Shown piece by piece: positions 52,898 through 54,305 of a stretch of 54,305 nucleotides of DNA (its first letter is position 1; each line of letters opens with the position of its first letter). Source of the stretch: Candidatus Uhrbacteria bacterium (lineage in GTDB: Bacteria; Patescibacteriota; Patescibacteriia; UBA9934; UBA10169); the NCBI GenBank assembly GCA_016187485.1, contig JACPJO010000004.1:1-54305 (forward strand). Direction: 5' to 3'. The translations under genes and the position numbers were made by a program. Below the pieces are notes generated by a model that had not been told where the DNA came from, ran no database searches, and was given only the letters and a program-made list of their open reading frames with translations.

Positions 52898-54166
52898 TTA
52901 TGGCCGGAGTGATTTTAACCATCCTACGAGCGACTTCTTCACATTCTCCACATTGCGCCATTTTGCAAAGAGATTTCCCCACGCGTTCCCCGAAGATGTC
53001 GCCATAATTTGCTCTCCCCACTTCACGAGTCCCACGGCTGTCGCAAAGCCCGGGTCCCGGACACGGTCAATCACCGTGTTTACCCCAATGCACGACCCTA
53101 GCGTGGCCGGGAGGCGAAGCTGGCGCTTGGCTACCTCTATGATGCCGGGGAGTTTCGCCCCGCCACCGGCTAAAATAATTCCTGACGGGAGCATGCCCGA
53201 TCTGCCTACGCGCGCGAGCTCCTCGTCTGTTTTTTTAAATATCTCCTCCACGCGAGCTTCGATAATTTCTACGATATATTTTCGCGATACCTCTTCGTCC
53301 TCGGCGGCTCCGTAGTCAGAAAGACGGACCTCGTCCTTCTTCCCGATGCCGTCTGAGACCGCATTTCCACATGCAAGTTTGATAGCTTCAGCCGTTTCAA
53401 GTGACGTCCGCAGCCCAATAGCAATATCTGACGTAATGTGATCCGAGCCGATGGGAAGAACGGCCGTATGAAGCACATCTCCCTCCTCAAACACCACCAA
53501 ACTCGTTGTAGAAGCCCCAAGATTCATGACACAAACTCCCAAATCCTTCTGGCGGCTTGTGAGGAGCGACTCGGCCGTCGCAAGACCAGAAAATACGAGG
53601 TCATCAATATCAATCCCCGTCCGGTAGACACTCTTGGTCAGATTTTTCATCTGCGATGTGAGCCCCTGGATGATGACGGCATCCACTTCAAGCCGAATAC
53701 CATTCATGCCCACGGGATCTTTCACGCCACGCTGCCCATCTACCGTAAAACTCTTCGGGATAACATGAATGATTTCATAATTCGCCGGTGTAGCCACCGC
53801 GCGCGCCGCGTCAATCGCGCGATCAACGTCTTCCTCCCGAATCTCCCCATCCGCGCGTGCGACTCCCACAACCCCTTTGCTTTCCTGCGCAATAATGTGC
53901 GGGCCGCCAATCCCTACCCACGCGCTCACAAGCGGTTGGCCCGCCATGCGTTCAGCCTTCTCGAGTGCTTTACTTACCGAGGATACCGCATCTTCCAGAC
54001 TCGTAATCGTCCCCTTGCTTACCCCTTCAGACGGCACCTCTACGGCAGAAATAATATGAAGCGCTCCCCCATCTGGGCGCTCCTGGCGCTGACCCACCGC
54101 GACACGCACCGCGCGCGAGCCAATATCGAGTCCAACAATGACATCCTGCGACTTCATAGTGATCAA
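52898..54166 (-). CDS. ftsA: Cell division protein FtsA
   Basis: VGLDIGSRAVRVAVG...an actin-like ATPase, and it sits upstream of ftsZ. Confidence 0.93.
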   Translation of the reverse strand: MITMKSQDVIVGLDIGSRAVRVAVGQRQERPDGGALHIISAVEVPSEGVSKGTITSLEDAVSSVSKALEKAERMAGQPLVSAWVGIGGPHIIAQESKGVVGVARADGEIREEDVDRAIDAARAVATPANYEIIHVIPKSFTVDGQRGVKDPVGMNGIRLEVDAVIIQGLTSQMKNLTKSVYRTGIDIDDLVFSGLATAESLLTSRQKDLGVCVMNLGASTTSLVVFEEGDVLHTAVLPIGSDHITSDIAIGLRTSLETAEAIKLACGNAVSDGIGKKDEVRLSDYGAAEDEEVSRKYIVEIIEARVEEIFKKTDEELARVGRSGMLPSGIILAGGGAKLPGIIEVAKRQLRLPATLGSCIGVNTVIDRVRDPGFATAVGLVKWGEQIMATSSGNAWGNLFAKWRNVENVKKSLVGWLKSLRP

Positions 54167-54178
54167 AAGAAGTATACG

Positions 54179-54305
54179 CTATCCCCCACGCGTGAACAAG
54201 AAAACAGTTCGCAGCCACGGCAAGAAAAAGACAACGCCAATGCCAAGCGCCGTGAGCGATGCGAGAAGTACCGCCGCAGCAAGCATGTCCTTCATATCGC
54301 GCACG
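54179..54305 (-). CDS. Diacylglycerol/undecaprenol kinase (DgkA-like), C-terminal 41 codons only; the gene continues beyond the right edge
   Basis: The minus frame reads VRDMKDMLAAAVLLASLTALGIGVVFFLPWLRTVFLFTRGG*, with the stop at 54179-54181. It resembles the conserved (A/V)KD..A.AVL C-terminal helix of prokaryotic DAGK. It is not in the ORF track because it is truncated. Confidence 0.5.
   Translation of the reverse strand, partial: VRDMKDMLAAAVLLASLTALGIGVVFFLPWLRTVFLFTRGG

Overview
The window reads as a chromosomal segment of a small-genome, moderately GC bacterium. Its gene content looks like Candidate Phyla Radiation/Patescibacteria; this is an inference from gene content and was not verified. 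Most genes are on the minus strand and are housekeeping: lexA-dinB, malic enzyme, a UvrD/PcrA-type helicase, mltG, a manC-like gene, PAP2, gpmI, an AI-2E permease, ssrA(tmRNA)-smpB, infC-rpmI-rplT, a folC-like gene, DoxX, NUDIX, MFS, a blaI/blaR1-like pair, pyk, htrA, nrdR, ftsZ, ftsA and a dgkA fragment. The left 6.7 kb is the 5' part of a giant surface-protein gene (>2228 aa) that is absent from the supplied ORF track because it has no stop inside the window. Two kinds of compositional island interrupt the backbone. (1) An AT-rich island of about 7 kb abuts tRNA-Asp (33.7-40.7 kb). It carries a 5'-truncated serine-recombinase remnant, a small ORF and a 1969-aa protein with a Cap4/DUF4297-like nuclease N-terminus, a STAND-type P-loop NTPase and a very large unassigned C-terminal region. 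This Avs/NLR-like candidate antiphage module is my best candidate for the interesting system. (2) At least five strongly GC-rich, ORF-sized cassettes sit at 12.5-13.8, 19.9-24.5, 41.3-41.6, 42.9-43.5 and 47.6-48.0 kb. Most have their own AT-rich promoter-like, RBS or terminator signals. They include myxobacteria-style Asp/Cys-repeat lipoproteins. Other notable items are a four-helix-bundle (23S-IVS-protein family) gene bracketed by 35-nt inverted repeats, a trio of AGCT-core palindromes at the tmRNA 3' end, and several structured leaders and repeats. No CRISPR array or rRNA was seen. All functional calls come from reading translations and motifs by eye; no database search was run.
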